A stretch of 63,740 nucleotides of DNA, the filler included, from Craspedostauros australis (lineage: Eukaryota), in the NCBI GenBank assembly GCA_030167865.1. It is 8 parts of 8 records of this genome, joined end to end, with 100 filler letters (N's around TTAATTAATTAA, not from the genome) between each part and the next. Parts side by side here need not be neighbours in the genome. Positions count along the whole stretch, not along the records: positions 39,400 to 53,799 come from JALAGF010006325.1; positions 53,900 to 56,412 come from JALAGF010006327.1; positions 56,513 to 60,029 come from JALAGF010006328.1; 5 more parts are not named here. One strand, 5' to 3'. The notes beneath the pieces are model-generated. The model ran no database searches. It worked only from the letters and a program-made list of their open reading frames with translations, and had not been told where the DNA came from. The translations under genes and the position numbers were made by a program. Positions 47,008 through 60,129 of this stretch are shown one piece after another. Positions within the stretch are counted from its first letter, which is position 1. Each line of letters begins with the position of its first letter.

Positions 47008-48993
47008 GGTTATATGTAGAGTATCGTCTTGTGTGTTGTATTAAGTGGTGAGGTTCTGTATGGAGTAGTCTGTATGGCACAACAAGGCTGCTCTATCTCG
47101 TCACTGAAGCCTTGGAGACAATGAAATGTATGGATGATGTATGGATGATGTATGAGAATGTTCGAGCATGTATGTTGGATGTCGTGAAGAATCACGACAC
47201 TGATGGCACCGGCGACGATGAGGGAGACAGAATAATGGAATTGATTGGAAGAAGATGATGGAGACGAAGATGGCGAGTGGGTTGTTCGATGTGAACGGGA
47301 TGCAAAAAGGTGCCTGGTTTGTTTGCGTGTGAGGCTCGTTGAGAAAAAAAAAATGGAAGAGCGCTGGAGGAATGGAGATGTCCAACGGAAACGAAGGTTG
47401 GTTTCGGTCCAGTCCTTCATTTCGTGTCGAGGAGGCCGCAGTCATACCCGTACCTACGAGTACGCGTTTACCTCTCTTCACGGTACCGCCAACGCGTGTC
47501 TGTTCACCTTGATTGCTGCTTTTGTTGCCACTGCCGCCATTCTCGTTGCTGCGCATGGCGAGCCAAGTTGGTTTTCTCATCCGCCTCTGCCCCTTTCTCA
47601 CGTTCGATTCTCGCTCCTCGCCCGCTCTTGCCTGTTGACCGCACAGAGCCGCAGCCACCATGCAGAGCATTCTGCATTGTAATAATGCCGAGCACGATCA
47701 CGAGCACATTGATGGTCCTGGACGTTTGTTTCCTCCCATCACGACATCAACTCGGCTTCATCGATTTGTCAATCTGGTCACTCAAAGGCCACAAGCTGGC
47801 CATGATGTCTCAGAACTTCCCGACATGTAATTCTCTGTGATACAAAACAACGTCAGAAATGCCACACCACAGAAGACTGGTACTGAACCTTTGACATCCC
47901 ATTCGTTATGGACAGCGAACGAGGCAGAGGCGTTGTTCGGATTTGGGATCACAGCGCAGCCCATCATTGCCGCTGATGTCTCAAACATGAGAATTGGTGT
48001 CTGTGATGGGGATTGACAGATGGCCCACCATGGGCCTTCGGGACTTTCTCATTGGTTCTCATTGGTCGTCTTTTCTGTCTGAAGGGAATCGCTATGTGCA
48101 GAGTGTTGACAGCGGAGAACAGCTTGCGATGAACGAAGAATATCACTGTGACGCAAGTGCGATAAATGCCATACCTCAATTTTGTTGGTTGACAAGACGG
48201 AGAACCACATTCCGGAGGAACTGTGGTCGACTTTTTGCTCTTCTATGAATCTAATCTCGTAAGTCTATTGCGCGAAACTCGTGAATGACGACTAGGAATC
48301 ATTGGACGAAACACTTCAAGCGTCACACACCAGAGAGACACGCACACCAAGACCAGAAATGGCAAGCGCGAGAAAACGAAAGCGACGTGGACACGCAAAC
48401 GGTGCTGGAGTGGGTCTGGATTTCTTTTTCTCGACCAACAGCGCGGACTTGTCCTCCCTTGTTCGCGCGCACAACACAGCAACACTCGCTCTTGGGCCAC
48501 CTCGGCCTCTTCGGCTGCAGCCACGCTCTCCTGGACCATGTCCATCGCCGACTTGCCATCAGCAGCAGCCACAGCAGCAGCATCAGCATTGCCGCCACCA
48601 CAACCGCACCCAACCATCCAAAAGCATCATCATAGTACCCGCAACACCCCGCACAATAGCCCATTAGGTTGCGCCTGTCAGAAATTGAGACGCAGCTGCG
48701 CAAACAATCACCAAAAAACAATTCGCCATTCAAGAACTCTTACCATACTCATACTCATACTCGTATAATACGTGTCATCAGCCATCCATCGATCCATCGA
48801 TCCACGCACTGCTACGCTCGGGCAACACCTGCGACGCTTGCCCACGACGCTTGCTCCAAACACTGAAGAGAGTAGCGAGAAATGCGAGAGAGAATCGTAT
48901 CATAGAATACTCATCAACTGGCAAAGAGAAAGAGAGAGACAGACAGAGGCGCAACAGCGCAACAGCGCAACAGCACAATAGAAGAGTGCCAAC

Positions 48994-50464
48994 ATGGAAG
49001 ACAGTCACAGCGATGACGATTCTTACAGAAACGACCTCAACCGGGGCCAATACCTGTCATTCATCATCACGGTGGGGACGTCGAGCACCATGTCGATGAT
49101 CGGATCTTACTACGTCCTCCGGCTGGCCTCCCGCAATCTCACGTTGGTGTACCATCGCATCATCTCGTGCATATCGGTGCTGGACATCATCCTCAGCGCA
49201 TCCAACATCGTTCATCTCATGCTGGTGCCCGCGGATAGGACGAGCAACCCATTCGCATTTGGCAACGAAGTCACGTGCTCGATGATGGGGTTCATTCTGA
49301 ACGTCGTCCTCGTCATGATCTCATTCTACAGCGCATTCCTGGCCATCAACTTCTTGCTGCAGGTCCGGTATCGTTGGTCGAATCAGGACGTTGCCACGTA
49401 CATCGAACCATTCTTCCATATCGTCACGGTAGGAATGAGCCTGCCGCTGCCATGCTTGGCGTTGCATTGGCACATGATGAATCCGGAAATATTATCCGGC
49501 CTGTGCCTCATGATCGAGTACCCCAATGGCTGCGATTATGACGAGGACGTGGAATGCATCAGCGGCGGAGACATCGGTGGCATGCTGGGGATCACCACCG
49601 CAGCCTTCGTGTACACCGTCGGCGCGGTTGGGTTCGTGTGCACGTACATGCTGTACAGGACTGTCAAGGAGACGATGAGGAAGATACAGGTCTACACGAC
49701 ACTGTCACAACAGTTGGATCAGAATCAACAAAAGAGAATCCGGCGGGTGTCATGGCAGTGCACGATGTACATGTCGTAAGTTGTGGCACTCTATGCTGTT
49801 TGCGTCTTCTCCACCATGCTGTTTTGCTATTGCAGCGTCTGGCACTGCATGCGGATGTAGTCTCGAAGGTGGCGCGAAGTTCCTTTCACAGACGCTGGCG
49901 GCGCTGAGGTGACGTTGGAACGTGGATGACCCCCCATTCACATCTTTGTGCTGGGCGTCATGGTGGATTGTCACGAAGGACGTTCCACGGCTCTCAAGCT
50001 CGGCGTTTTCTCACTTCCGCCACCACATTTCTCTTCGCCGCCACCATCTCTGCTCTGCCACAATCATACGTGTATGCCCTAACAGCGCATACACCAACAC
50101 AATCGTGTGGCCCGCAGTCCATCAGATTGCGGGGATGTTCGACGTCGAAAATCGGTTGGGCGATCCCCTTCCATACATGATCTTGCTGCTACCTCTCTTC
50201 TTCTTCCCGCTGCAGGGCTTCTTGAATCTAATCGTCTTCATCACGCCGAGGTATCAGCAATGGCGGAAGGCACTGCCAGATGCATCGCGCGTGACTATCC
50301 TGTCCAACGCGCTTTCCGCAGAGGACCCACCAACAAGGCGTCCGCAGTGTGCCACTGTGCTTCTCTCAAGTCGATCGCAGCAACCGCAATCCGAACGATC
50401 ACGGCAGAGTATCATCCAAAACACCGCGCAAAGACCAGACGGCGACGGCTCCCAACAGTGTTGA
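48994..50464 (+). CDS. 7TM GPCR-like receptor (cAMP-receptor/Git3-like)
   Basis: Exons 48994-49775 and 50086-50464 with an in-frame GTAAGT..CAG intron. Seven hydrophobic segments, YHRIISCISVLDI, CSMMGF, YSAFLAINF, IEPFFH, FFPLQGFLNLIVF. Confidence 0.85.
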
Positions 50465-51104
50465 CGGGTGCAGGACACACTTTTGTGCAGTGGAATGGAG
50501 AGAGGAAACGAGCGGAAGGCTGCTGCACTCTTGTCCTTCATGGATGCATTTCCACCACAATCCTTTTGTTCGAACATGCACTCGTACTCGTATGGAGTGT
50601 GCGGCTGTTTGACGGCGTGGAAACGAAACGAAACGATGGCACTTGATGTGCCCATCAAGTCGCAGTAAGTCGCAGTAAGTCACAGCACAGATCATTGGTG
50701 ATCATGCGGAAGTCGCAAACGCAGGACATTTGGAAACGATGCGATCCGCAACTATTATGTTTATGTATAATATGTTTACTCTCTGCGAAGTAAAATAGAG
50801 TAGATTGAAGTGGCAGTGGATAGACCGTTTTTCCCCCTTCATGACGAGTCGAGGCTGCTCGGCGTGGAGACAGCGAAGCGGACAGGGACTGCATGGTTGC
50901 GAGCCTCTCGAGCGACTCGATCTGAGAATTGCCTGTCAGAGGATTTGTAGAGACTCGACGATGGTCCATTCGCACGCGTGCTCGTGCCGTACTTGGAACT
51001 ACACTACAAACTCAATGTACAAGTCTCCACAGAGATGCAGAGAGTACTTCAGCATAACATATGAATATCCACGAGGAAATTCTGTCGCGATGGAGGACCC
51101 CTGA

Positions 51105-53799
51105 TGTCTCAGGAGACAAACTTTTTCACCTTTGTGCGAGGGCCTTGTCTCCTGAGACAAAACCAAAAATAACACGACGTTTCCTCGCGATGGGAAAAGT
51201 GGTCGACCAGTTGGACTAAAACTAGAATTGGACGCTCGTCTCGTCACACATTTTCTTCGTGTATTTTCTTCGTACTTTTTTGTTGTCCACGTTTTCACGT
51301 AGTAATGGCGTAGTTTCGGACACTCGGTAGGTGTTGTCGTAGTTTGCATTGAATATAAAGTTGATTGCTCTCTATTTTTATGCAATACCATTGCTAATAA
51401 CACACTGGCAACTACCATAATAAGAATAACACAGAGATTAAACCCACTTATGAGGCTGCGCTGGTGGCGCTATTCTCCGCCTCCTTTCGACTTCGTGCGG
51501 AGCACGAAAGGAGCACGGAATCTATGCTTTGTGTGTGTATGCTGTGTATGTGTTTTCTCCTTGCGTGCTGCCAAGGGTATCTTTGCCAGTGGGGGAGGGG
51601 GGTTGGGTGAGCTTGTTGTCTGCATTTCAGCCACTTGAGCAGGGCGCCAGAGGCGGCCGGTTTGTGTAGCGTCAGCACGGCTTGCTCCACCCATACCGTG
51701 ACCTGTGCCATCTGTGCCTCGCCGGCCAGCACCATATGTAGCTGTCATAGATGCTTGGTGCGGTCCTGCTCAAGGCAAAGACGGAGTGATTCTGCCCTGT
51801 CATGTAGGGCTTACACTGTCCCAGCTTCGGCCAAGTCTTGACCTTCGAACAATGTCTCGTTGCGTGCTCTCCATTGCTCCCAGGCATTGCGCCAAATGCA
51901 ATGTATGAGTTGCCTGGACCACTTGTCTTCCAATTTCCGAGGCTGTTGCTGCTGCAGAAATTTGCTCTGCATCGGTTCCCACTTCCTGTCTAGGAGTCCT
52001 TTTCCGAGCGCCTGTGGACCCACAGCAAACTGCTGCCANACTGCCTCATGGAGAGAGCTGCCCAGGCTGGTAGCCCTGAGATGGACCGACCCCTCAAGCT
52101 GGCTTTGCAGGATGGCGGTCATATTGATGGCGATTTCAGGCTTCGTGGGATATCTCCGCATCCAGCGCCGCAACTCCCATAAATGCCTCCTCGAGATTTT
52201 ACACCAGTCCTCCCCTGTGCACTGCCAGAAGTGCGACGCATCCTCACAGTCTCTGCAACTGGGGCATTGGTCCAACACACTGGCAACTACCACTTGTTCT
52301 TCTACATCAATCCAGTGCCACAATATCACCAGCAACTGCTTTCATTTCGTTACGTTTTCATTGCAGCTGTGGCCCTTTCCATTCCTACTTGCTTTTGTTC
52401 TGTGGCTGTTGCAGGTCTCACACATTGCGTCAACACTGCATTTATACAAATACCTTGCGCCTTGATTGATTTCTGAATCAGCATTCCACTCCTTTGCAGT
52501 TGGATCCAATCTCATACAACGGCGCAACTGATTGGGAGTTTGTATTCATGCTCTTGTCGTCCAAGAGGAGNNNNNNNNNNNNNNNNNNNNNNNNNNNNNN
52601 NNNNNNNNNNNNNNNNNNNNGTAGCCCTGAGATGGACCGACCCCTCAAGCTGGCTTTGCAGGATGGCGGTCATATTGATGGCGATTTCAGGCTTCGTGGG
52701 ATATCTCCGCATCCAGCGCCGCAACTCCCATAAATGCCTCCTCGAGATTTTACACCAGTCCTCCCCTGTGCACTGCCAGAAGTGCGACGCATCCTCACAG
52801 TCTCTGCAACTGGGGCATTGGTCCAACACACTGGCAACTACCACTTGTTCTTCTACATCAATCCAGTGCCACAATATCACCAGCAACTGCTTTCATTTCG
52901 TTACATTTTCATTGCAGCTGTGGCCCTTTCCGTTCCTACTTGCTTTTGTTCTGTGGCTGTCGCAGGTCTCACACATTGCGTCAACACTGCATTTATACAA
53001 ATACCTTGCGCCTTGATTGATTTCTGAATCAGTGTTACACTCCTTTGCAGTTGGATCCAATCTCATACAACGGCGCAACTGATTGGGAGTTTGTATTCAT
53101 GCTCTTGTCGTCCAAGAGGAGGCTTCTTGTTCTACCCAAGCATATGACTGATATGTAGTGAATGATGGAGTATTGGTTTTCCATGCAAGAGGGATGGAAT
53201 GAATAGTAGCTTGCGCTTGCACGGTATTGCGGAGAATATTACAGATGGTGAACTTGCCATGATGGATGGGTGCAGACAAGCATCAATCCTTGCACTCGCC
53301 ACAACACTAGAGAGATGGGATGAAGCAAGCAAGCGAATGGATGTGCCCTTCCAACAGAGCAGGTGCAATAATAGTCAACAAAGCAAGCAAACAGTAAGGT
53401 TGGTTTGCACNATGAACGTACACAACAGCAGAGGGGACGAAGATACCTGACTCTTGCCCCCTCAATCCCATAGCAAGCAAGTACAGCAACAGCTAGACAA
53501 CACCATGCATATTTTACACAAGAACTATGTCATTCATGTGCTCTGCAGTGAGTTGTTTAGTCAGATATCAACGAAGCCAACATATCACTGCTGATGGTAA
53601 AAAAGCACAGGAAAGTATGCAGTATTTGGGTTCCTGGTCGGAAAAGCACAGGAGACAATTGCGGTTTTGGGTGTTGCTGTTTTTGGTTTTACTCGATTGA
53701 GTCTGCTGTCTTTCTGCTCCGTGTTAATTTACCACACTAATTTTGAGTTTGTCTCCTGAGACAACAATCTTGGTCCACATCCGGGTGCCTTGTCTCAGG
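51105..53799. mobile_element. Putative non-autonomous element bounded by paired TGTCTC-NN-GAGACA palindromes
   Basis: Motif copies at 51105, 51146, 53750 and 53791 (last one cut by the gap). An 18-bp inverted match TGTCTCAGGAGACAAACT links the two ends. Confidence 0.45.
51811..53120 (-). pseudogene. Decayed 3' fragment of a non-LTR retrotransposon ORF
   Basis: CPSC..EDASHFWQC zinc knuckle, QQFAVG..LGKGLL..KW and IWRNAWEQWRARNETL are typical of the post-RT region of LINE-like ORFs. Broken frames, partly duplicated across a gap. Confidence 0.7.
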
Positions 53800-53899
53800 N
53801 NNNNNNNNNNNNNNNNNNNNNNNNNNNNNNNNNNNNNNNNNNNTTAATTAATTAANNNNNNNNNNNNNNNNNNNNNNNNNNNNNNNNNNNNNNNNNNNN

Positions 53900-56412
53900 A
53901 ATGTCGGGTTTGATACAAAGAAGCCCATGGATGTGAATAAGCTCCATAAAATGCTAGGCCACGTTGACTCTTACACGATCTCCGGGACGGCGAGACAATA
54001 TGGATGGAATATCACTGGGACTCTCAATCCATGCGAGGATTGCGCGATCGGAAAGGCGAAGCAAAAACGCCTGACCAAAACTCTCCAACTACGAGCGAAG
54101 AAGGTCGGAGAACGACTCTTCATGGATACTTCAAGTGTCCAAGCTACGAGCTTCGGACATGGAAAGTACTGGTTGCTGGTCATCGACGACTACAGCGACT
54201 ACTGCTGGAGCTACTTCGTTAAAGAAAAGAGCGAGGTCGGTCCCAGACTGCTATCATTGTTGAAATGGCTATCAGGCAATCAACAAGTGACAGTGAAGAA
54301 TGTCAGATGTGACAACGCCGGAGAAAATTACAGCGCAGAGGCACTACTACTACGAGCAGGCTTCGCCCCAACCTTCGAATACACCGCTGCATCAACTCCT
54401 CAACAGAACGGAAGAGTAGAACGGAAATTCGCGGTTCTATACGGAAAGGTCAGATCAATGCTGAACCAGGCGCACCTGCCGAGACAGCTGCGCGGCAAAC
54501 TATGGGCGGAGGCAGCAAGGAACGCAACCCAGATCGAGAACATCATCGAGACTAAGTCAAGAGAGCCCGCATGCCTGCTACTCAATGGACAGACCCCAAC
54601 CTACGCAAAGGGATTGCGTATCTTTGGGGAGATCGGAATGGTCTACATCGGCAGTCGCGCTATCAAAGCGAAACTGGATGATAGATCCAAGCCAGCCATG
54701 TTCGTCGGGTACGGACAGTCTCATGCGAATGGTGTATACCGCATGATGAATCTGGCAACCACGAGAATCCTAATCACCAGAGACGTGACATGGATGAACC
54801 AGTCGTATGGGCAATTCAAGGGTGTTGAGAATGCCAACAGAACGCAATGGGTGGATCTGGAAGACGACGACTTCGATGCCGGAGCAGCACTCCGCAATAC
54901 GAAGATTACTTGGGAGCGTGATACGAGTATCGCAGGAGAAGCGAAGGCCGTATTAGCTAATCGAAGCAGAGAGCCCGGAACAGACTACGAAGATACTACA
55001 GGCTATGCATCGAAACAAGATGAACTGCTACCTACCCAAGAGGACGAACCATCGAACGATGAAGACGATGATGAATTCGGAAGGGACGACACACGAGTGA
55101 CTCGAAGACAAGCCGCCGAAGGCAGAGAGATCGAGCAACCCCCAGCGAGACCTGTGGCAAAGATGCCAAGGATGCTACGGGGTTTGGTCCCGTACAACCA
55201 TCCGCCAGGATATGAATCCGACTCAGAATCAAGCAGTGGAGACGATGAACCAACTGAGGCAGCTGAGACGATCCTTGCAACTACGGGCGAACGAGACTTC
55301 CATTCGAACATATCCATGTTCAATCGAGATGTGGCGAGTCTAATGATCGACACCACAGAAGGGAGAATGAGGCTGGATGAATTCATCGCAGCGAGCCAAC
55401 GAGTCGAGAGAGGGGATTGGAACAAGACGTCCGAGCATGCGTACACGGCTATGATGCTGGACCCAACCACCTTCGAGGAATGCTGGGATCATGCAGATCC
55501 AGCGAAGCGAAAGAAATGGCGGGAGGCCATCAATAAGGAGTTCTACGATATGACGAGACGAGGAGTCTGGCAGAAGATCAAGAAGAACAAGATGCCGAGG
55601 GATCGGCGANNNNNNNNNNNNNNNNNNNNNNNNNNNNNNNNNNNNNNNNNNNNNNNNNNGATGCCGAGGGATCGGCGATGTGTGAAGACGAAATGGGTCT
55701 TCAAGGAGAAGAGGAATGGAGTCTTTCGCGCCAGGTTGGTTGCTTGTGGATACTCGCAAATTGCTGGAGTGGACTTTTCCGCTCATCACGCGCCAGTGAT
55801 CCACGATGCAACATACCGAGTGATGCTGACCATGAAGATGCTGCTGAAGACAGACAGCATCATCATCGACTTCGAAACCGCCTTCCTGCACGGAGACCTC
55901 GAGGAAGAGATCTATATGCAATGCCCCAAGGGAATGGAGCATGAGCCGGACGAATGCCTGTTACTGAAGAAGACCATCTACGGGTTGGTTCAGAGCGCAA
56001 GGCAGTGGAACAAGAAGCTTGTGGACATCCTGATCAAGCTTGGCTTCCGGCAGAGCAAGGTAGACCCATGCCTGCTAATTCGGAATCGGGAAGGGAACCT
56101 CGTCCTCATCGGGACGTACGTCGATGATTGCCTGTGCATCGGAAGCACCCTCGAACTGAAGCGANTGGTGAAGGACATCAAGCGCGAACGATTCGGAATC
56201 AAGATCGAGGATGGACTCGAAGACTACTTGAGTTGCCGGATCGAATTCAACAAGAGCGAAACCAATTGCTGGGTGAACCAGCCACACATCATCAAGAACA
56301 TCACGGACACGTTCAAGAGCGACGTGACGAAGCTTCAACGATACGGAACCCCAGGCACACCAGGCCAAGGGATCCAGAGGAACAGCGAAGCACCCAAGGT
56401 CGACAAGGATCG
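53900..56412 (+). mobile_element. Ty1/Copia pol fragment (integrase plus RT), open frame
   Basis: LHKMLGH..CEDCAIGK, VRCDNAGE, PQQNGRVERK, MFVGY, RDVTW, KWVFKEK, RARLVACGYSQ, DFETAFLHG, IYGLVQSAR, YVDD. Truncated at both scaffold ends. Confidence 0.93.
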
Positions 56413-56512
56413 NNNNNNNNNNNNNNNNNNNNNNNNNNNNNNNNNNNNNNNNNNNNTTAATTAATTAANNNNNNNNNNNNNNNNNNNNNNNNNNNNNNNN
56501 NNNNNNNNNNNN

Positions 56513-59500
56513 TGGCAACTTGGCACCTACTCGTGAGCAGCTGTTGCCTGACAAGCTGTCTACTGGATTGCGGAAGCCCACCGACATCACTCACGCAATC
56601 GAGGTCAATGCTTCCAGTGGACAGCAACCTTGTTCCAACTTTGGCGCATGTCGATGCCGCTAACCTGCGCGTTGACGTGCGCCTGTCCAGTGCGGCTGGT
56701 GTCATCTTTGATNNNNNNNNNNNNNNNNNNNNNNNNNNNNNNNNNNNNNNNGGTGCTATCACAGTGGTAGACATCAGTGTGAACGTGCCACCTCCCGTTG
56801 AGTCTCCTGCCAAACCAACTACCCGCGCAAGCACTGCACGACACGCAAACGCTGTCGCTGGAGGCGCTTTCGAGCAAGTTGATGTTGACAGTGATGACGA
56901 CTACGTGGACGGCCGTGATCGCAGGAAGAAGCAAACAGGCCGCAACAGACTCATCCAGAAAACGGTGAGAGGATGGCGTCGCGATGCGTTGGTCCGCGTT
57001 GCAGGGTTGGTTAAGTCTGGGCTNNNNNNNNNNNNNNNNNNNNNNNNNNNNNNNNNNNNNNNNNNNNNNNNNNNNNNNNNNNNNNNNNNNNNNNNNNNNN
57101 NNNNNNNNNNNNTGTGGGCGCCAATTGCTTCTGCGCTCTGGGATGTGTTGCTCCCAAAAGAAGCGACACCAACTGGCCAGATGCATGAGGTGGTGCAATT
57201 TTTTCGGGCAGGGCAAGCACTGCCACCACTGATGCTTGCACCAAATTTGTACCGCATATGTGTTGGAGGGAGCAAACTGATGCACCTCTGCNNNNNNNNN
57301 NNNNNNNNNNNNNNNNNNNNNNNNNNNNNNNNNNNNNNNNNTGCTATCACAGTGGTAGACATCAGTGTGAACGTGCCACCTCCCATTGAGTCTCCTGCCA
57401 AACCAACTACCCGCGCAAGCACTGCGCGACACGCAAACGCTGTCGCTGGAGGTGCTTCCGAGCAAGTTGATGTTGACAGCGACGACGACTACATGGACGG
57501 CTGTGATCGCAGGAAGAAGCGAACCGGCCGCAACAGACTCATCCAGAAAACAGTGAGAGGATGGCGTCGCGATGCGTTGGTCCGCGTTGCAGGGTTGGTT
57601 AAGTCGGGGCTACCTGCAAAAGTGTTCGACTCCATGCCAAAGACGGGATTCACACTTGGTGGAAAACACAACAAGCAAGTCTGGTGCAACATCAAACGGC
57701 TGTGGGTGCCAATTGCTTCTGCGCTCTGGGATGTGTTGCTCCCAAAAGAAGCGACACCAACTGGCCAGATGCATGAGGTGGTGCATTTTGTCCGGGCAGG
57801 GCAAGCACTGCCACCACTGACGCTTGCACCAAATTTGTACCGCATATGTGTNGGAGGGAGCAAACTGATGCACCTCTGNGCGAGAGCCGTTCTCGCAGAG
57901 TCTGCNTCTCCAAAAGCATGCACAGATATTCTCACTGGNTACNCCAATGGATTGCCGGAGGAAGAACGCGTGCATGTACATAGCAATCGACAAACCATCA
58001 CTAAAAGCCAACAGAAGACATTGCAGCACTACTACGACATGTTGAGTGATGGGGAGACCATTCCGCCCAAAATTCTCCAATACCGTGTGACTGCGTGTGC
58101 TTTGTCTGGTGTNNNNNNNNNNNNNNNNNNNNNNNNNNNNNNNNNNNNNNNNNNNNNNNNNNGTGGGCGCCAATTGCTTCTGCGCTCTGGGATGTGTTGC
58201 TCCCAAAAGAAGCGACACCAACTGGCCAGATGCATGAGGTGGTGCACTTTGTCCGAGCAGGGCAAGCACTGCCACCACTGACGCTTGCACCAAATTTGTA
58301 CCGCATATGTGTCGGAGGGAGCAAACTGATGCACCTCTGCGCGAGAGCCGTTCTCGCAGAGTCTGCATCTCCAATAGCATGCACAGATATTCTCACTGGA
58401 TACGCCAATGGATTGCCGGAGGAAGAACGCATGCATGTACATAGCAATCGACAAACCATCACTAAAAGCCAACAGAAGACATTGCAGCGCTACTACGACA
58501 TGTTGAGTGATGGGGAAACCATTCCGCCCAAAATTCTCCAATACCGTGTGACTGCGTGTGCTTTGTCTGGTGTGGTGTCGTTTCTCTGCACTACGACCAT
58601 GTACAAGGCTGGCTTGTGCCACGCAGTGGAGTGGGAAGGAGTCGTATTCGAGAAAGTTCCGGTCTTTGATCGTGGAGGCAAAAGCATCAAGGCGCTATTC
58701 GACATGTACAAGACTACCACCACCAACCCAGTAGGCGAACCAGCATTCAAAGAGATGACGAAGCTACTAACACGACGTGGCAAAGTGAACACAGGGCTGT
58801 CTTCCTTCGAAAGCCACTTTTTGTTGGCAATGCAAACTCTCAAACGCACGATCTCGCGCCTTGTCACACTTTTGAAGGCTAAGTATCCCACAACAAACGG
58901 CGCTGAGGACGAGAATGACATGATTTCCCGGCATCTGCGCACAGCGGAGTCTCTGTTGTACTCATTGGAGCTTCTTGTTGTCTTCGTCAAATGGGAATTC
59001 ACTGCCTCTCACATGCAGATGGAGTGTGATGACCCAATGCACTCAGCTCAATTTGCGCTCACGCCCAACCAGAAGAAGACAACGACGAAACAATCCCAAT
59101 CAACCAGAACGCATACCAACAAGCACAAGCTCAGGAAGAAGATCACTCAAACCAATGACATCGCTTCTGCCACCAACGACACTCCAACCATCACAATCGA
59201 TATTCCTGACATCACTCATGTGACACATGCTGCTGCCAATGACACCACCACTGACAATAATGAACAGCCTTGCGCCACCACAGACAAACAACACACTGGA
59301 GTATGTAACTGTTGTGCAGGGGTGATGCGTTTTGTGGACGACCGATATGTCCCTTTCGTGACCTCGTTTGTGGAGGATCACCTTGCGGAACATGCGACAG
59401 AATTGGAGTCGATGCTCAATGCCGCACTGGGGTTCAACAACGAAATACTGTGGTACATGGCACACAAAGTGCGCAGCAAGGTTCAATTCGGACAAATTGA

Positions 59501-60029
59501 GCAGTACCTCAAAAATATCAACAACCGAGAGGATCGCGCACATGTGGTGCTGGACCACAAACAGAAAATTCTTTGGACTGGCCAAGGCGAAGCTCAACAA
59601 GAATACTGGGGCAAGAAGGGCATGTCTCTGTTGGGTACGATGGTGATCACATGTCACAATGACACATTCACTTATCGCTTCATCGATATCATTGTGAAGG
59701 GGAGGCCAACTCAAGACACCCTCCAAGTTGGCGGGCTTCTCGAAATTGTGCAACAACAGGTGAGAAAAATTCTTCCATCGGTCACCGAAATTGTCATCCA
59801 ATCCNATAATGCGTCTTNTTTCGCNAGCCACNAGCACATCCCGCTGATCACATCAGTGCTGAACAAGAACCTCGGAACACAAAATGTCCCGAAGATTTCT
59901 GCCTGGATCTACACCGAAGCCCAAACTGGAAAAGGCCGCCTCGACACGCACTTTGCGTACATCACTGTTGTACTGCGAGCGTATGTGCTGGAGGACAATG
60001 ACATCAAAACAGAACACCAACTTTTCAAC
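56513..60029 (+). mobile_element. Sola3-like DDD DNA transposase (gapped, 3' truncated)
   Basis: H..ECDDPMHSAQFAL, H..VCNCC, VVLDHKQKIL..EAQQEYWGKKGMSLLG, IQS[n]NAS, YTEAQTGKGRLDTHF. The N-terminal part is repeated across gaps. Confidence 0.6.
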
Positions 60030-60129
60030 NNNNNNNNNNNNNNNNNNNNNNNNNNNNNNNNNNNNNNNNNNNNTTAATTAATTAANNNNNNNNNNNNNNN
60101 NNNNNNNNNNNNNNNNNNNNNNNNNNNNN

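Noticed and set aside
3784..50464. Possible functional cluster of IspF, PDX1, monooxygenase and PP2C
   Set aside because: The genes lie on different joined scaffolds or have unrelated roles. No evidence for a pathway cluster.
52070..53120. About 500-bp tandem duplication with a few SNPs
   Set aside because: The copies flank an N gap, the pattern expected from unmerged haplotypes or repeat copies.
56752..58580. Apparent internal repeats in the transposase N-terminus
   Set aside because: Each repeat restarts at an N gap, so this is most likely a scaffolding artefact.
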